Assembly (NCBI GenBank): GCA_020137815.1
Contig: CM035352.1
Span: 372,001 to 436,000 of the forward strand
Length of the DNA: 64,000 bases
Direction of reading: 5' to 3'
Origin: Hormiphora californensis
Lineage: Eukaryota > Animalia > Ctenophora
Below are positions 43,455 through 57,156 of this stretch, one piece after another. A program made the position numbers and the translations under genes. A model generated the notes under the pieces. It did not search any database. It saw only the letters and a program-made list of their open reading frames with translations, and had not been told where the DNA came from. Every line of letters starts with the position of its first letter. The stretch's first letter is position 1.

Positions 43455-44958
43455 CCCATATGCGCTATATGGCACAATGGCCCGTCTAGCATGGAGCAAC
43501 CTATGTGGACTTCTTCTACAACCAGTCTATACCTGTCCCCCAAGCTTGTGGCACTGAATAGGAACTCTCAGTTTAATTGACTCCCTAGAACTTTGTCAGT
43601 GCCTCGCAAGGGACAGTTTGGAACTGATATATGTGTGCGCTAGAGTTTCTATGTTACATGTTTCCTACGCTGTTTATGTGTTAGCTGCGTGTGCATCCTT
43701 ATTTTGTGTTCCACATATCTATTTATTTCAAATCAAATCAAATCAAATATACTCTTCCTCTGTTCTACGCACCACTATCACTATACATGAAAGTAAATGG
43801 CGCACCAGTTACAGATTGATACCCTGATATCAGGGGACGTTCCCTGATATTAGGGCACGCGTTCCTGATGGCCGGGCATGCAGAATGTTCTGTGGGAACC
43901 ATGCGACATTGCCGCGCGTCACGTAAAATGAATGGAAAGTAGATCTCTACGCGCACGTCAGCACTCACTTGCTTCCCGACCATCAGCTTGGGAACTGATG
44001 CATGGGAATCTCTAACTGGTGCCATAGTCATATAGCAAGACTTATCTCATGTTGTACAACTCGCCGATCTCGTTCCACTGAATCATAAGTGGTTACTGAT
44101 CTATCTTTAGTGCCCAGGCAGCCATCCGTCGTGCTTGTGATGAAATCTTCGTTATATGTTCTGTCCAGGAGCCATTGTTTGAGAGAGTGATGTCAAGGTC
44201 TTTCACTGTACCCGTTGGCTGTATTTCGTTATCACCTGGAGTCCCATGTATGGGCGTAACTCATGAGTGAAAGAAGTTTTCTGAGAAGGGATGTTCTGTT
44301 CAGAGTGTATAAGTGGATGACGTGATGAAGTGGCATACACTTGGCTAAAGACCACACCACCACACGCTTGCATTTCTGCTCCTGATTCTTCCGAGTCGAC
44401 GCTCTTTGGAGCTTGGTTTCATCCGCAAAGGATTTAAATTTGCTGTGGATTACTTGGCGTTGGAGATCAGCTACGTAGATGATAAAAGGGATTGGTCCAA
44501 GTACGGTCCCTTGAGGTACCCCACTTTTGACAAGCTCGAAGTTCGATTTTTCTCCTTCAACAGTTACTGTTTGGTACTGTTTGGTACAGAAAGGAAGTCT
44601 TTTATTCAAATTAGTACTTTCCCTTTAATTCCTAGCTTTTCCAGCTTGGCAAGAAGAATGGCATGGTGTCAACTTGACACGGTCAAAGGCTTTGGAATTA
44701 TAGTCCAAATAGATTACATCGACTTCGTTCCCGCTGTTTGTAAGCTCTCGAAAGATTCTGTCCATGTGATCAAGTAACTGTGTGAGGCAGCTGTCATACT
44801 ACAATCTTCTTCTTCAAAATTAACCACCACGGGTACGGACTAAATTTCCTTTGATCACCCCTATTCGTGAGTAAACATGCTCTCAGTAATAAGAATTCTC
44901 AAATGGCTCACTATCTCTTCGCCTGTCCCACGAACCACTATCCCTGTCACTTTCCCAG

Positions 44959-46719
44959 CGTACAAAACAGCATTTTCATGGGATGTGCCCCTAGTCCCAT
45001 AGCAGCAGTGGTGAGAGTTTTTATGTTCGAGAGAGCCACCCTCTACACCGACGTATCGTACTTGCCTATTCTAAATGGGCGGTACATTGATGATGCCTGT
45101 ACCGTATGTTATACGAGAGAGGAGGCAGTGTGTTTCTTTGATAAGATAGGTGAGCAGGATCCGGACCATCTTATCAAATGGGAGGTTGACTTTCCAGAGG
45201 GTGATGACTTTGTACCTTTCTTGGGTACTCCCGGTGCCCGGATATTGCAAATACCCAAGAGATTAATGCCCTTAATTTGGCAGCAAATCAAGGGCGAGGC
45301 AGCAAATTGATCTAACCGGTGACCTTTTTTAGATAACTAATTGATAAGATTATGCTGCCAGCAGCAATTGGACCGATCGCGGACTGCCATCGGACACATT
45401 TCGATTCACGAGGCAGCAAATCGGCAGCAAATTGAAAAAATTTTGGCAGCAAAATTGACACGTGAAATCCGTATTTATCGAACATTTTTATAATCCGGGC
45501 ACCGGGTGGGTACTAACATCCGGGTCACCGAATCTGGGGAGGTGCAGACGCGTTTCTACCGCAAGGAGGCTCGCAAGAATATCACACTGCACGCGAACAG
45601 TCACCACCCTATTTCCACTAAAATCCAAACTGTCCGTAATTTCTACGCCACAGCGAGGCTAAGTGCATCAGATTCGGAACAAGAGGAGGCATCCCTGAGA
45701 ATAGTGGACAACCTGCTGATTGCTAATGGGTACCAGAACCCTCGTCAGTTCGCACAACAACAGAGCTGTCGTTTGTACCAGGGTCAGAAGCAGCAGGTGG
45801 AGGACTGTGTTATTTTGAAACTGCCTTACATCTCTGAATCATTTTCATTATCGATCATTATCGGCCCCTTGACAATGGAGCAGCTTACTGTGGGGGGAGA
45901 TCATGTAAAATATGTCCACGGCTAGAGGGGGAGAGGAACTGCCAGGTGACTGCTCCAGTATACCGGATTACCTGTAACATCTGTAAAGAGATCTACATCG
46001 GGGAAACGGGGAGAACAGCTAAAGACCGCTTTGGAGAACATCTCCGGTATGCCACCTCCCCTACGTTGAAATCTTACTCGGAGATGGCACTCGCAGTGCA
46101 CTATAAACAGTTTCATAATAAGACAGTACCTGATTTGATTTTTGAGATTATTACAACAGAGTCACGTATCTTATATAGAAAGATTATAGAAGCATATTAT
46201 ATTAACAGAGAGAAGCCTACTATTAATTTAAAAGAAGAGTTGACTGATCTATCTAGATTCCTTATTTCTTAATATTATCCGTTTTTAGTATTTTCTAACG
46301 GCCATATTGGTCATCGAGTATTTTTAGCTAGATATCTTTTTGAGCAGTCGCGTGATTCCTATCTTATTTCACTATCTGATCTTATTTCTTTACTATTTAA
46401 ACCCCGTTTATTTCCTAGTCTTTACTTTTTGTTTATAATTTTTCCAGTCCCGTGTGTAGTTTTTCAACTTTTTACTATTTCACTAAATTAGCTTAGCTTT
46501 AGAATTTTCCAGTAATTTTTATTTTACGATTGGTATGTGTACAGTTTTTCTAACATGTGTATTCCGTATATTATAGCCTGAAGATGGTGCTGTGCACCGA
46601 AATGTATAGCGTTATTCTACAATAAAATCTACGTCTACTCATTTGTCCAGCCGGAAGGAGAAAACAAAACTTCCTCACAGCATTTTTGAGTATAAATTGT
46701 TAGTTTTGGACGCTGGGAT
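44959..46719 (+). mobile_element. Penelope-like element copy 2 (MITE insertion and deletion)
   Basis: Same sequence as copy 1 plus a 277-bp MITE. Confidence 0.9.
45230..45506. mobile_element. 277-bp MITE with 14-bp TIR and 8-bp TSD
   Basis: TIR CCCGGTGCCCGGAT and TSD TGGGTACT. The empty site is present in unit 1 (42241-42248). Confidence 0.95.
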
Positions 46720-48224
46720 CCCATATGCGCTATATGGCACAATGGCCCGTCTAGCATGGAGCAACCTATGTGGACTTCTTCTACAACCAGTCTATACCTG
46801 TCCCCCAAGCTTGTGGCACTGAATAGGAACTCTCAGTTTAATTGACTCCCTAGAACTTTGTCAGTGCCTCGCAAGGGACAGTTTGGAACTGATATATGTG
46901 TGCGCTAGAGTTTCTATGTTACATGTTTCCTACGCTGTTTATGTGTTAGCTGCGTGTGCATCCTTATTTTGTGTTCCACATATCTATTTATTTCAAATCA
47001 AATCAAATCAAATATACTCTTCCTCTGTTCTACGCACCACTATCACTATACATGAAAGTAAATGGCGCACCAGTTACAGATTGATACCCTGATATCAGGG
47101 GACGTTCCCTGATATTAGGGCACGCGTTCCTGATGGCCGGGCATGCAGAATGTTCTGTGGGAACCATGCGACATTGCCGCGCGTCACGTAAAATGAATGG
47201 AAAGTAGATCTCTACGCGCACGTCAGCACTCACTTGCTTCCCGACCATCAGCTTGGGAACTGATGCATGGGAATCTCTAACTGGTGCCATAGTCATATAG
47301 CAAGACTTATCTCATGTTGTACAACTCGCCGATCTCGTTCCACTGAATCATAAGTGGTTACTGATCTATCTTTAGTGCCCAGGCAGCCATCCGTCGTGCT
47401 TGTGATGAAATCTTCGTTATATGTTCTGTCCAGGAGCCATTGTTTGAGAGAGTGATGTCAAGGTCTTTCACTGTACCCGTTGGCTGTATTTCGTTATCAC
47501 CTGGAGTCCCATGTATGGGCGTAACTCATGAGTGAAAGAAGTTTTCTGAGAAGGGATGTTCTGTTCAGAGTGTATAAGTGGATGACGTGATGAAGTGGCA
47601 TACACTTGGCTAAAGACCACACCACCACACGCTTGCATTTCTGCTCCTGATTCTTCCGAGTCGACGCTCTTTTGGAGCTTGGTTTCATCCGCAAAGGATT
47701 TAAATTTGCTGTGGATTACTTGGCGTTGGAGATCAGCTACGTAGATGATAAAAGGGATTGGTCCAAGTACGGTCCCTTGAGGTACCCCACTTTTGACAAG
47801 CTCGAAGTTCGATTTTTCTCCTTCAACAGTTACTGTTTGGTACTGTTTGGTACAGAAAGGAAGTCTTTTATTCAAATTAGTACTTTCCCTTTAATTCCTA
47901 GCTTTTCCAGCTTGGCAAGAAGAATGGCATGGTGTCAACTTGACACGGTCAAAGGCTTTGGAATTATAGTCCAAATAGATTACATCGACTTCGTTCCCGC
48001 TGTTTGTAAGCTCTCGAAAGATTCTGTCCATGTGATCAAGTAACTGTGTGAGGCAGCTGTCATACTACAATCTTCTTCTTCAAAATTAACCACCACGGGT
48101 ACGGACTAAATTTCCTTTGATCACCCCTATTCGTGAGTAAACATGCTCTCAGTAATAAGAATTCTCAAATGGCTCACTATCTCTTCGCCTGTCCCACGAA
48201 CCACTATCCCTGTCACTTTCCCAG

Positions 48225-50065
48225 CGTACAAAACAGCATTTTCATGGGATGTGCCCCTAGTCCCATAGCAGCAGTGGTGAGAGTTTTTATGTTCGAGAGA
48301 GCCACCCTCTACACCGACGTATCGTACTTGCCTATTCTAAATGGGCGGTACATTGATGATGCCTGTACCGTATGTTATACGAGAGAGGAGGCAGTGTGTT
48401 TCTTTGATAAGATAGGTGAGCAGGATCCGGACCATCTTATCAAATGGGAGGTTGACTTTCCAGAGGGTGATGACTTTGTACCTTTCTTGGGTACTCCCGG
48501 TGCCCGGATATTGCAAATACCCAAGAGATTAATGCCCTTAATTTGGCAGCAAATCAAGGGCGAGGCAGCAAATTGATCTAACCGGTGACCTTTTTTAGAT
48601 AACTAATTGATAAGATTATGCTGCCAGCAGCAATTGGACCGATCGCGGACTGCCATCGGACACATTTCGATTCACGAGGCAGCAAATCGGCAGCAAATTG
48701 AAAAAATTTTGGCAGCAAAATTGACACGTGAAATCCGTATTTATTGAACATTTTTATAATCCGGGCACCGGGTGGGTACTAACATCCGGGTCACCGAATC
48801 TGGGGAGGTGCAGACGCGTTTCTACCGCAAGGAGGCTCGCAAGAATATCACACTGCACGCGAACAGTCACCACCCTATTTCCACTAAAATCCAAACTGTC
48901 CGTAATTTCTACGCCACAGCGAGGCTAAGTGCATCAGATTCGGAACAAGAGGAGGCATCCCTGAGAATAGTGGACAACCTGCTGATTGCTAATGGGTACC
49001 AGAACCCTCGTCAGTTCGCACAACAACAGAGCTGTCGTTTGTACCAGGGTCAGAAGCAGCAGGTGGAGGACTGTGTTATTTTGAAACTGCCTTACATCTC
49101 TGAATCATTTTCATTATCGATCCAGAAGTTTATCTCTAGCCGCTCTCTTCCTATCAAAACAGTATTTACTCCAGGTACCAAGCTACGTAACATCTTCTGT
49201 AGCTCACGGCCCCTTGACAATGGAGCAGCTTACTGTGGGGGGAGATCATGTAAAATATGTCCACGGCTAGAGGGGGAGAGGAACTGCCAGGTGACTGCTC
49301 CAGTATACCGGATTACCTGTAACATCTGTAAAGAGATCTACATCGGGGAAACGGGGAGAACAGCTAAAGACCGCTTTGGAGAACATCTCCGGTATGCCAC
49401 CTCCCCTACGTTGAAATCTTACTCGGAGATGGCACTCGCAGTGCACTATAAACAGTTTCATAATAAGACAGTACCTGATTTGATTTTTGAGATTATTACA
49501 ACAGAGTCACGTATCTTATATAGAAAGATTATAGAAGCATATTATATTAACAGAGAGAAGCCTACTATTAATTTAAAAGAAGAGTTGACTGATCTATCTA
49601 GATTCCTTATTTCTTAATATTATCCGTTTTTAGTATTTTCTAACGGCCATATTGGTCATCGAGTATTTTTAGCTAGATATCTTTTTGAGCAGTCGCGTGA
49701 TTCCTATCTTATTTCACTATCTGATCTTATTTCTTTACTATTTAAACCCCGTTTATTTCCTAGTCTTTACTTTTTGTTTTATAATTTTTCCAGTCCCGCG
49801 TGTAGTTTTTCAACTTTTTACTATTTCACTAAATTAGCTTAGCTTTAGAATTTTCCAGTAATTTTTATTTTACGATTGGTATGTGTACAGTTTTTCTAAC
49901 ATGTGTATTCCGTATATTATAGCCTGAAGATGGTGCTGTGCACCGAAATGTATAGCGTTATTCTACAATAAAATCTACGTCTACTCATTTGTCCAGCCGG
50001 AAGGAGAAAACAAAACTTCCTCACAGCATTTTTGAGTATAAATTGTTAGTTTTGGACGCTGGGAT
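48225..50065 (+). mobile_element. Penelope-like element copy 3 (MITE insertion, no deletion)
   Basis: ORF 48772-49617 joins the RT thumb, the CGGRSCKIC Cys linker and GIY-YIG in one frame. Confidence 0.9.
48496..48772. mobile_element. Second copy of the 277-bp MITE (same site in unit 3)
   Basis: Same TIR and TSD as 45230-45506. Confidence 0.95.
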
Positions 50066-51019
50066 TCCCAGCCTGGGAACGACGCATAGGGCGGGCGCTT
50101 TGCATGTGGTCAATATGAATATGAATATGAATATGAATATGAATATGAACTTCACAATTTATATCAAGTCAATATAAGAAAATATATGACTCTCCCGCTC
50201 TTACACTATACGTATAAAATATAGTTAAAAATTAAGTACATTAATATACGCTACTAGGCCGAGGCTAATAGCACAACAGCAGTTACCTAAAGCGGGACAA
50301 ACACACACAGACGAACCAATGAGACGGGTAACAATGAGCTGAGAGCTAAACGGACAGATAGATTTAACCAGGTTTAATAAATTACTAAAATCGAAAAGAA
50401 AAAGGCGAATAAGTTAGTTAAAAATACGGTAGTTACAAAACACCACCACACATACACACACACACACCGACACACACACACACACACCGACAAACACACA
50501 GAACTCACACTCAAACTCACACTCACACTCACACTTATACCCCAACACCCAAAAAATAAAGACATACACAAAACACAAATAAGTTAAGTTAAATAAGTTA
50601 ATTAAAAAATGGTCATCTCACAAGAGAACACAAAGGTGCACACACAAACGGACACAGCACACCTAGACTACTTGGAAACAGTAAATCATGTTCAGCACAC
50701 ACATAATCGTTTACATAAAAATCGTTTACATAAAAATAGTAAGATTGTCATTGATAAACACATACTTATCATCACTTTCGAAGTGTTCATTTACAGTCTG
50801 CAGGAATAACTGCACTTTCAGCCGTTTTCGTAACGGTACACGTTTCTTGTAACTGTTTTCTCCTGGCCCATACTCGGCCAATTCTCGACTACCCTCAGAC
50901 TCTACTCCACATCTCAGTTGCCAAGATCCTACTAACCCATACACCCACCACACACAAACGAACAAGAATACGCACTCAAAAAACCCTAGCTCTGAACAAT
51001 ATGTGGAGGACGTCTCTCC

Positions 51020-51590
51020 TAACTCGGGATGGTGGTGAAGTAGGACGGATGGTGGAGGATAGGAGTGATGGTACTGTCTAGGACAGCTGATAGAGGATAG
51101 GAACAGGATGATGGAGGATAGGATGGATGGTGAAGGATGGATGGTGGAGGATAGGAAGGATGGTGGGGGATTGGACGGATGGTGGGGGATTGGACGGATG
51201 ATGGAGGATGGGAGAGATGGTGGAGGATAGGACGGGTGGTGGAAAGTTTGACGAAAGATGGAGGATAGGACGGATGGTCGAGGATAGGACGAATGGTGAA
51301 AGGATGCGACAGATGGTGGTGGAGGATATTCCAGATCATGGTGGATGATAGGACGAATGGTGGAGGATAGGACGTATGGTGAAGGATAGGATGGATAGGA
51401 TGGTGGAGGATAGAGCATATAGCATATGGTGGAGGATAGGACGAATGGTGGAGGATAGGACGAATGGTGGGGGATAGGACGGATGGTGGAGGAAAGGACG
51501 GATGGTGGAGGATAGGACAGATGGTGGAGGATAGGACGAAAAGTGGAGGATAGGATGGATGGTGGAGGATATGATAGTGGTTGAGGATAG
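51020..51590. repeat. Degenerate ~19-bp minisatellite (GGATGGTGGAGGATAGGAC)
   Basis: Direct inspection. It produces the low-complexity ORF 50726-51418. Confidence 0.85.
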
Positions 51591-51701
51591 AATCTATGAA
51601 AGGATTCAGAGGTCAGGATTCAGGAGGTCAGAGGAAATCGAAAGATCATTCAGGTTACGATCATACTAGGTATTGTATGTATGATATCATAGGAACGGAA
51701 G

Positions 51702-53777
51702 TTAGCCATAGGCAATGTTGAACAGGTGAGTCTTCAGTGATTTCTTGAATGTTGCTACAGACTCTGATTTCCTGATTAATTTTGGAAGTCTGTTCCAGAG
51801 TTTAGGTGCAGCAATGCTAAATGCTTTCTCGGTAACCTTGTACTTGCAGTGGTACTCCTCTAATCTTGTGTCATCGTCATCTACTCTGAGTTTCTTGGAC
51901 TTCGCCTGCCTCTTCTGGATCATCTCAGTGATGTAGCATGGAGATTTACCATTAAGTGCATTGTATACCATTAGGCACATTTTGTACTTGATGCGTTGGT
52001 TGATTGGAAGGAAGTGGGATTTCTTTCTCAATTCGGTTACACCTCTTCTGCTGCGCTGACCGTATATAAATCGTGTGGCCGCGTTTTGGAGTACTTGGAG
52101 ACGTTTTATATCGGATTCCTTCGAACCAAGGAGTAGGGCATTACAGTAATCGATCCTGGAGTGTATCAGGGTGTTGACAAGAAGAGTCTTCTGGTTCTTG
52201 TTTAGCTTACTAGCTATCCTCCACATGTTTACCAACTGTAGATTGCCCATCTGGACTATCCGTGTTACATGCTTGGTCATGTTTAGCTCTTTATCAAATA
52301 TTACTCCCAGGTTCTTGGCTACTTCAGTTACAACTGTATCCTCATCTTCTGTTATGGCGACTGTATCAGGAGCTTCCGATTTATCCCATTTGTTGTTAAG
52401 TATCATGACCTCCGTCTTGTTAGGATTCAACTTGAGAAGATTTTGAGCCATCCATAGTCTAATATGAGCAACACATTTTTGTACCTGGCTCATAGCTGAA
52501 ATTAGGTTTTCAGGCACAAAAGATATAGAGAGCTGTGTATCATCTGCGTACATATGTATCTTTAGATTGTATAGCTGAGCAATCTTCTCCAGGTCACGGG
52601 TGTAGAGTATGAAGAGAAGGGGCCCCAATATCGATCCTTGAGGGACTCCGATTTTGATGGTCGTGGTAGCAGATTCGTTCGGTCCGATCTTCACTATCGC
52701 AGTTCTATCATTCAAATAAGACTCTATCCATTTGAGAACTCTGCCAGTGATTCCATAGTCTTGCTGTAGACGTTGAATGAGCTTAGAGTGAGATATAGTA
52801 TCAAAAGCTGCCGATAGATCGAGCAGCACAAGGATCACTTTTGTTTTCTTGTCCATCTGTATTAGAGTGTCGTTTACGATCTTCAAAGTTGCAGTCTCAC
52901 AGCTATGGTGTGAGCGATACGCAGACTGAACCTTGCTAAAAAGTCCATTGCTCTCAATGTGCTCAGTGAGTTGATCGGCAACACATTTTTCTAGGATCTT
53001 GGACACAAAGGAGAGATTAGAGATCGGTCTGTAGCTACTGAGCTCGTCTGGGTCCAGTTCTTTGTTTTTCAAGAAGGGCCGGATAACAGCGGATTTTAAG
53101 TTGGCTGGAACCACTCCGTCCGATAGACTACCGTTCACAATCTTAGAGATAATGGGGACGAGTTCTGTCAGAGAACCACCTACCATGGTGGATGGAATAG
53201 GGTCGAGAGGACAGTGTTTCTTGTTCATGCTCCGAACAGTTGATACAAGTTCGGCGTCAGACACTGTCCTAAACTTGGAGAGTACCGGGCAGTTATGAGC
53301 AGATAGTTCATGGGGAATAGTTGGCAGATCAGCTGAGTAAGCAGGGTCCTCTTTAATTGTCTCATAAATCTTCTCGATCTTGGATTTAAAGTAGTCCATC
53401 ATCTTGTCTGGAAGCTTCTCAGGCTCATCTGTGGTTGGTAACTGCTTTGGAACTTTCTCTTTGCCAAGAAGATAGTTAAGGATCTGATAGATAGCAGCAG
53501 GATTACCTTCAGCGGCTTCAAGGCGTATTTGGAAGAACATTCTTCTGGCTCGAGTGAAAACAAGCTTTGCAGCACGGATTTCAGTGATAAACTCCTTCTC
53601 TGCATCTAGCACTTTGTCGTGGGGGACGGGTTTGCCCTTGTTTTTCTTTTGTAGGGCTTGTTTAAGGGTTTTCCTGTATCTTCGCTCAGCCTTCCTTCGC
53701 CTTCTAAGGGCATTGTAGCACTCTTGGTTAAACCACTGTGGTTTGCTGGAGAGCACCAATGCGGGAAGGATTTGCAA
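51702..53777 (-). mobile_element. L2-clade LINE ORF2 with intact RT, lacking the N-terminal endonuclease
   Basis: YRPISNLSFVSKILEK, LLDLSAAFDT, GVPQGSILGPLLF, YADDTQL and the C-terminal AFSIAAPKLWNRLP...FKKSLKTHLF. Candidate (ATTCAT)n tail at about 50112-50148. Confidence 0.9.
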
Positions 53778-53901
53778 ATACTACTGAGCACTGAGCCTAC
53801 TACTACTACTACTGAGCACTGAGCCTATTGCAGGGACGCAGCTGGGCTTTGGTACCGGAGTTGTGGTCATTTTAAGAAATTTCAGAAAACTTTTAAAAAA
53901 C

Positions 53902-54185
53902 TCCCTAAAAAAGTTCAGTATTTACACAGAGTTTACACAGTCTTTACTCAGTCGTTACACCCAGAGCGGCGCGGGCGCTCTGGGTGTAACGACTGCGTCT
54001 TTCGCACTCGATTTGCAGCGTTTTCGGAAACTTTTTTCGCCGCAGCGCTCAATTTTGTCAATTGTGCAGCACACAATCCAATATTTTCTTGGAAAAAGCC
54101 ACTGTGCGCAGCACGCGCCGCTCTGGGTGTAACGACTGAGTAAAGACTGTGTAAACTCTGTGTAAATACTGAACTTTTTTAGGGA
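53902..54185. mobile_element. MITE with ~72-bp perfect TIRs
   Basis: TCCCTAAAAAAGTTCAGTATTTACACAGAG...CCCAGAGCGGCGCG is mirrored at about 54114-54185. Confidence 0.8.
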
Positions 54186-54949
54186 TCCCTAGGGAACATC
54201 AACAGGCAGTTAATACATTGAGCGCGCACGGTGCAAACAACTGCGCGTGCTAGTTCGCGTTGTATTTATCTCATTTCACGCGTCCGCTCAGTATCAAATC
54301 AACGCATGGTGTCGATGCGCGGCGCAACTACTTTGCGCGGTCGATTCTTAAAGAAAGAACACCGCGCCTTCCAAGTTGTCTCATTTGGTCCTGAAATTCT
54401 AACTCCCTTGATGACATGGGCACCGGCCGGTACCTCGTTCACCAGGAGCCATCCCTTTCGGTGACTCACAAGACACTGCACAAATAAAACTCTTTGCGTC
54501 TAGTTGACCCCGGAAATGAACCATTTATTTTAAACACTATTAAGCGGTATATGAAATGTTATGATTGAACTGAATTGATTCAAGAGCGTTTATCTTCCTA
54601 AACTGCATTTTGCAGTTGCTGTTGCCCTTTCCATTTTCGATTCATGATCATGCTTAGAAATCTATCAACTCTCTATTCACAGGATATCAAATAGATTTTA
54701 TGAACGATTCACCGGGCGTTCTTGGTTGGAATAGCGTAGTATCACAATGATTCCCTGAGTCGTGAGATTTTACAGGCAGCTACTGCACGGCATGCGATGA
54801 TATATGCAAATCTTCCCCTTTTCCCCCTTTAATACGATTTCCCAGACATTAAATGTGCATTACATATCGATGATGTAATAGGATCCCTGCCTCTTTAAGT
54901 AACCCCGCCCTTAGGCCATCGATACTTTCAGAGCAAAATATATTATCTC

Positions 54950-55625
54950 TATATATACCCTGCTAACTTAAATAATGCGCCAGTGGCGAGAAGTCCCACT
55001 AGCGCGCTCTCGATAACCAGCCAGTCCAGCGGCAGATTATTTCCCACTGGCAGGTTATTTATTTTTAACTCCTATGTTACATTCAAAGTGTGTGTAAATG
55101 ATCAGTTCTTACTGAAATACAGAGGGAACACTGTTTGGAAGAGTTACACACTAAATTGGAGAGAAAGAAACAACACATTCCGTCAATTACTCTCTCTTTA
55201 TCTTCCCTTTTGTTTCACTATCTCAATTCCTCTGTGTTATGTCTGGCATGCCCCATATCTTGTTATTTCTTTCTCTCTCTCCTTAGTAACTGTTACCAAA
55301 CAATGTACACTCAATTGAGAGATGTTTTTGACTGTTTCTCAGTTCTCTTTGTGTGTTTTGATTAGTGTTCTCTCTCTTGTTAGTGTGTAATACTTGAAAC
55401 AAACAACTAAAGCAGGGTATATAACCCATAAACTCTGACCAATGGCACGTTATTGGTTTAAACCCCTCCGCCTCTCCCTCGGCTACGCCTCAGGATCGTC
55501 GTCGTGATTTAAACCAGTTTATCCGCCACTGGCGGATAAACTACAGCTACCTTCTCCCAGCGGCGCGCTGGGAGAAAGGTATCTGAAATAACGTGCCAGT
55601 GGCCAGAGTTTATGCCTCATATATA
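54950..55625. mobile_element. Double-inverted-repeat non-autonomous element (Crypton-like architecture)
   Basis: TATATACCCTGCT...AGCAGGGTATATA is followed by CATAAACTCTG...CAGAGTTTATG, which encloses CCTCGGCTACGCCTC. Confidence 0.4.
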
Positions 55626-55830
55626 TATTATCATTCTCTATAGACTTTAGAATTTAATTCTAGATTATATGTGGGCAAATAGCACGGAAGAAAATCTTCA
55701 CCGCAGCTGAATTAGTAAAGCATGTTATAATAGTGGTGTATTGTACTACCGCCATGGTCCCGCACTGTGTAGGTGTAATTTCCGTGGATTCCATGCAATG
55801 ATAAACAACTCATTCACTCTATTTCACTCC

Positions 55831-55945
<115 letters not shown>

Positions 55946-56082
55946 TTCTCTCTCCCTCTCACTCTCTCTCACACTCTCTCTCTCCCTCTCTCTCTGCCAG
56001 TACTAGAAAGTGGATTGCAGCTGCAGGAAGAATGGTAGTCAAGGCAAAGATGTATATCTCTCTCTCCAACTTGGAGAGAGAG

Positions 56083-56760
56083 ATATATGTGCTATAACAC
56101 CGGTGTGTATCTGTATATTGCGCCCCGCGCGGGGCGCGATATGCACGCATATCGGCTCCTTGCGGAGCAAGGAGACGATATGCAATATATCGCCCCGAAC
56201 GTAGTGAGGGCGATATATTTGATACACATAAGGTGTTATAGCATATAACGCCCACTGCAAGCAAGGAGAGAACAACACTAATCCCCTTTCAAGTTTTTCA
56301 ACTCAATTTGACAAACTATTCAACATCATCAAAGTTTCACAGTTTAACAACAAATAATGACACAGCGAGAGAGAGGCAACACAACTCATGTCAACCTTTC
56401 AAATATGTTCCCTTTTCAACTCCAGACATGTCTAGACATGTCTAGACACTCACACACACACAAGCGAACTATTGGGTGCTAATTAAATAGAGAGAGATAA
56501 CGATTACCAATGTCTCTCTTGTCTCTCTCTCTCTTGTCGCCATTCTGCCGCCCCTTGTTGTGTCAATCTCTCTCTATTTGCAACAGTGTGTACACACAAA
56601 CAAAAGAAAGGGTTTTCACACCTTTTTGGGCGAATTCTTGCGTGTAATAAACTGCACTTTTATAGCGGGAGTTATGAGATTTATCACTTCGGGTTCAGTC
56701 ATATCAGCCCGCTACCGCGCGGGTGTTATTTCTCCAAAAAATGCGCAGTGGGCGTTATAC
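56083..56760. mobile_element. Double-inverted-repeat non-autonomous element (Crypton-like architecture), opposite module order
   Basis: TGCTATAACACC...GGTGTTATAGCA is immediately followed by TATAACGCCCACTGC...GCAGTGGGCGTTATA. Confidence 0.4.
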
Positions 56761-57156
56761 ATCTTGGAGACTCCAAGAGACCCTTGCCCATACACACAGT
56801 GCACACATCCAAGCATCCCCTCTTGAAGATGGAATAGTTTATTAGATTGCCCCCCCCCCCCCCAGTGTACCAATTTCCTCCTCCACAAACAAATAGCCAA
56901 CTAAATACACGTGGTGTGGGTGGTCTGGGAAAAACAGTGTTCGCATGTATAACACATATATCATATTTATTTTCCTTTTTTGTGTCCTGGGCGTTATGCA
57001 AAAATGGTAAAACAATGTCTTTCTCTGTTATAGTGGACTCATATAGAAATTGTCTCTTGGTGTCTTGGGCCAGCGCAAGCCAACGACAAATCATCTTTTC
57101 TCTCTCTCTCTCAATTAGCCCAACGCTTGTCTCGACATTCTCACTGTCCTTTTAGT

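Larger units (their letters stand above)
40473..50065. repeat. Tandem triplication: units 40473-43454, 43455-46719, 46720-50065
   Basis: Near-identical ORF sets and sequence recur three times. Junctions read GCTGGGAT|CCCATATGCG. Confidence 0.95.

Noticed and set aside
50726-51418. 230-aa Pro/Ser/His-rich ORF
   Set aside because: Translation of a minisatellite downstream of the L2 ORF.
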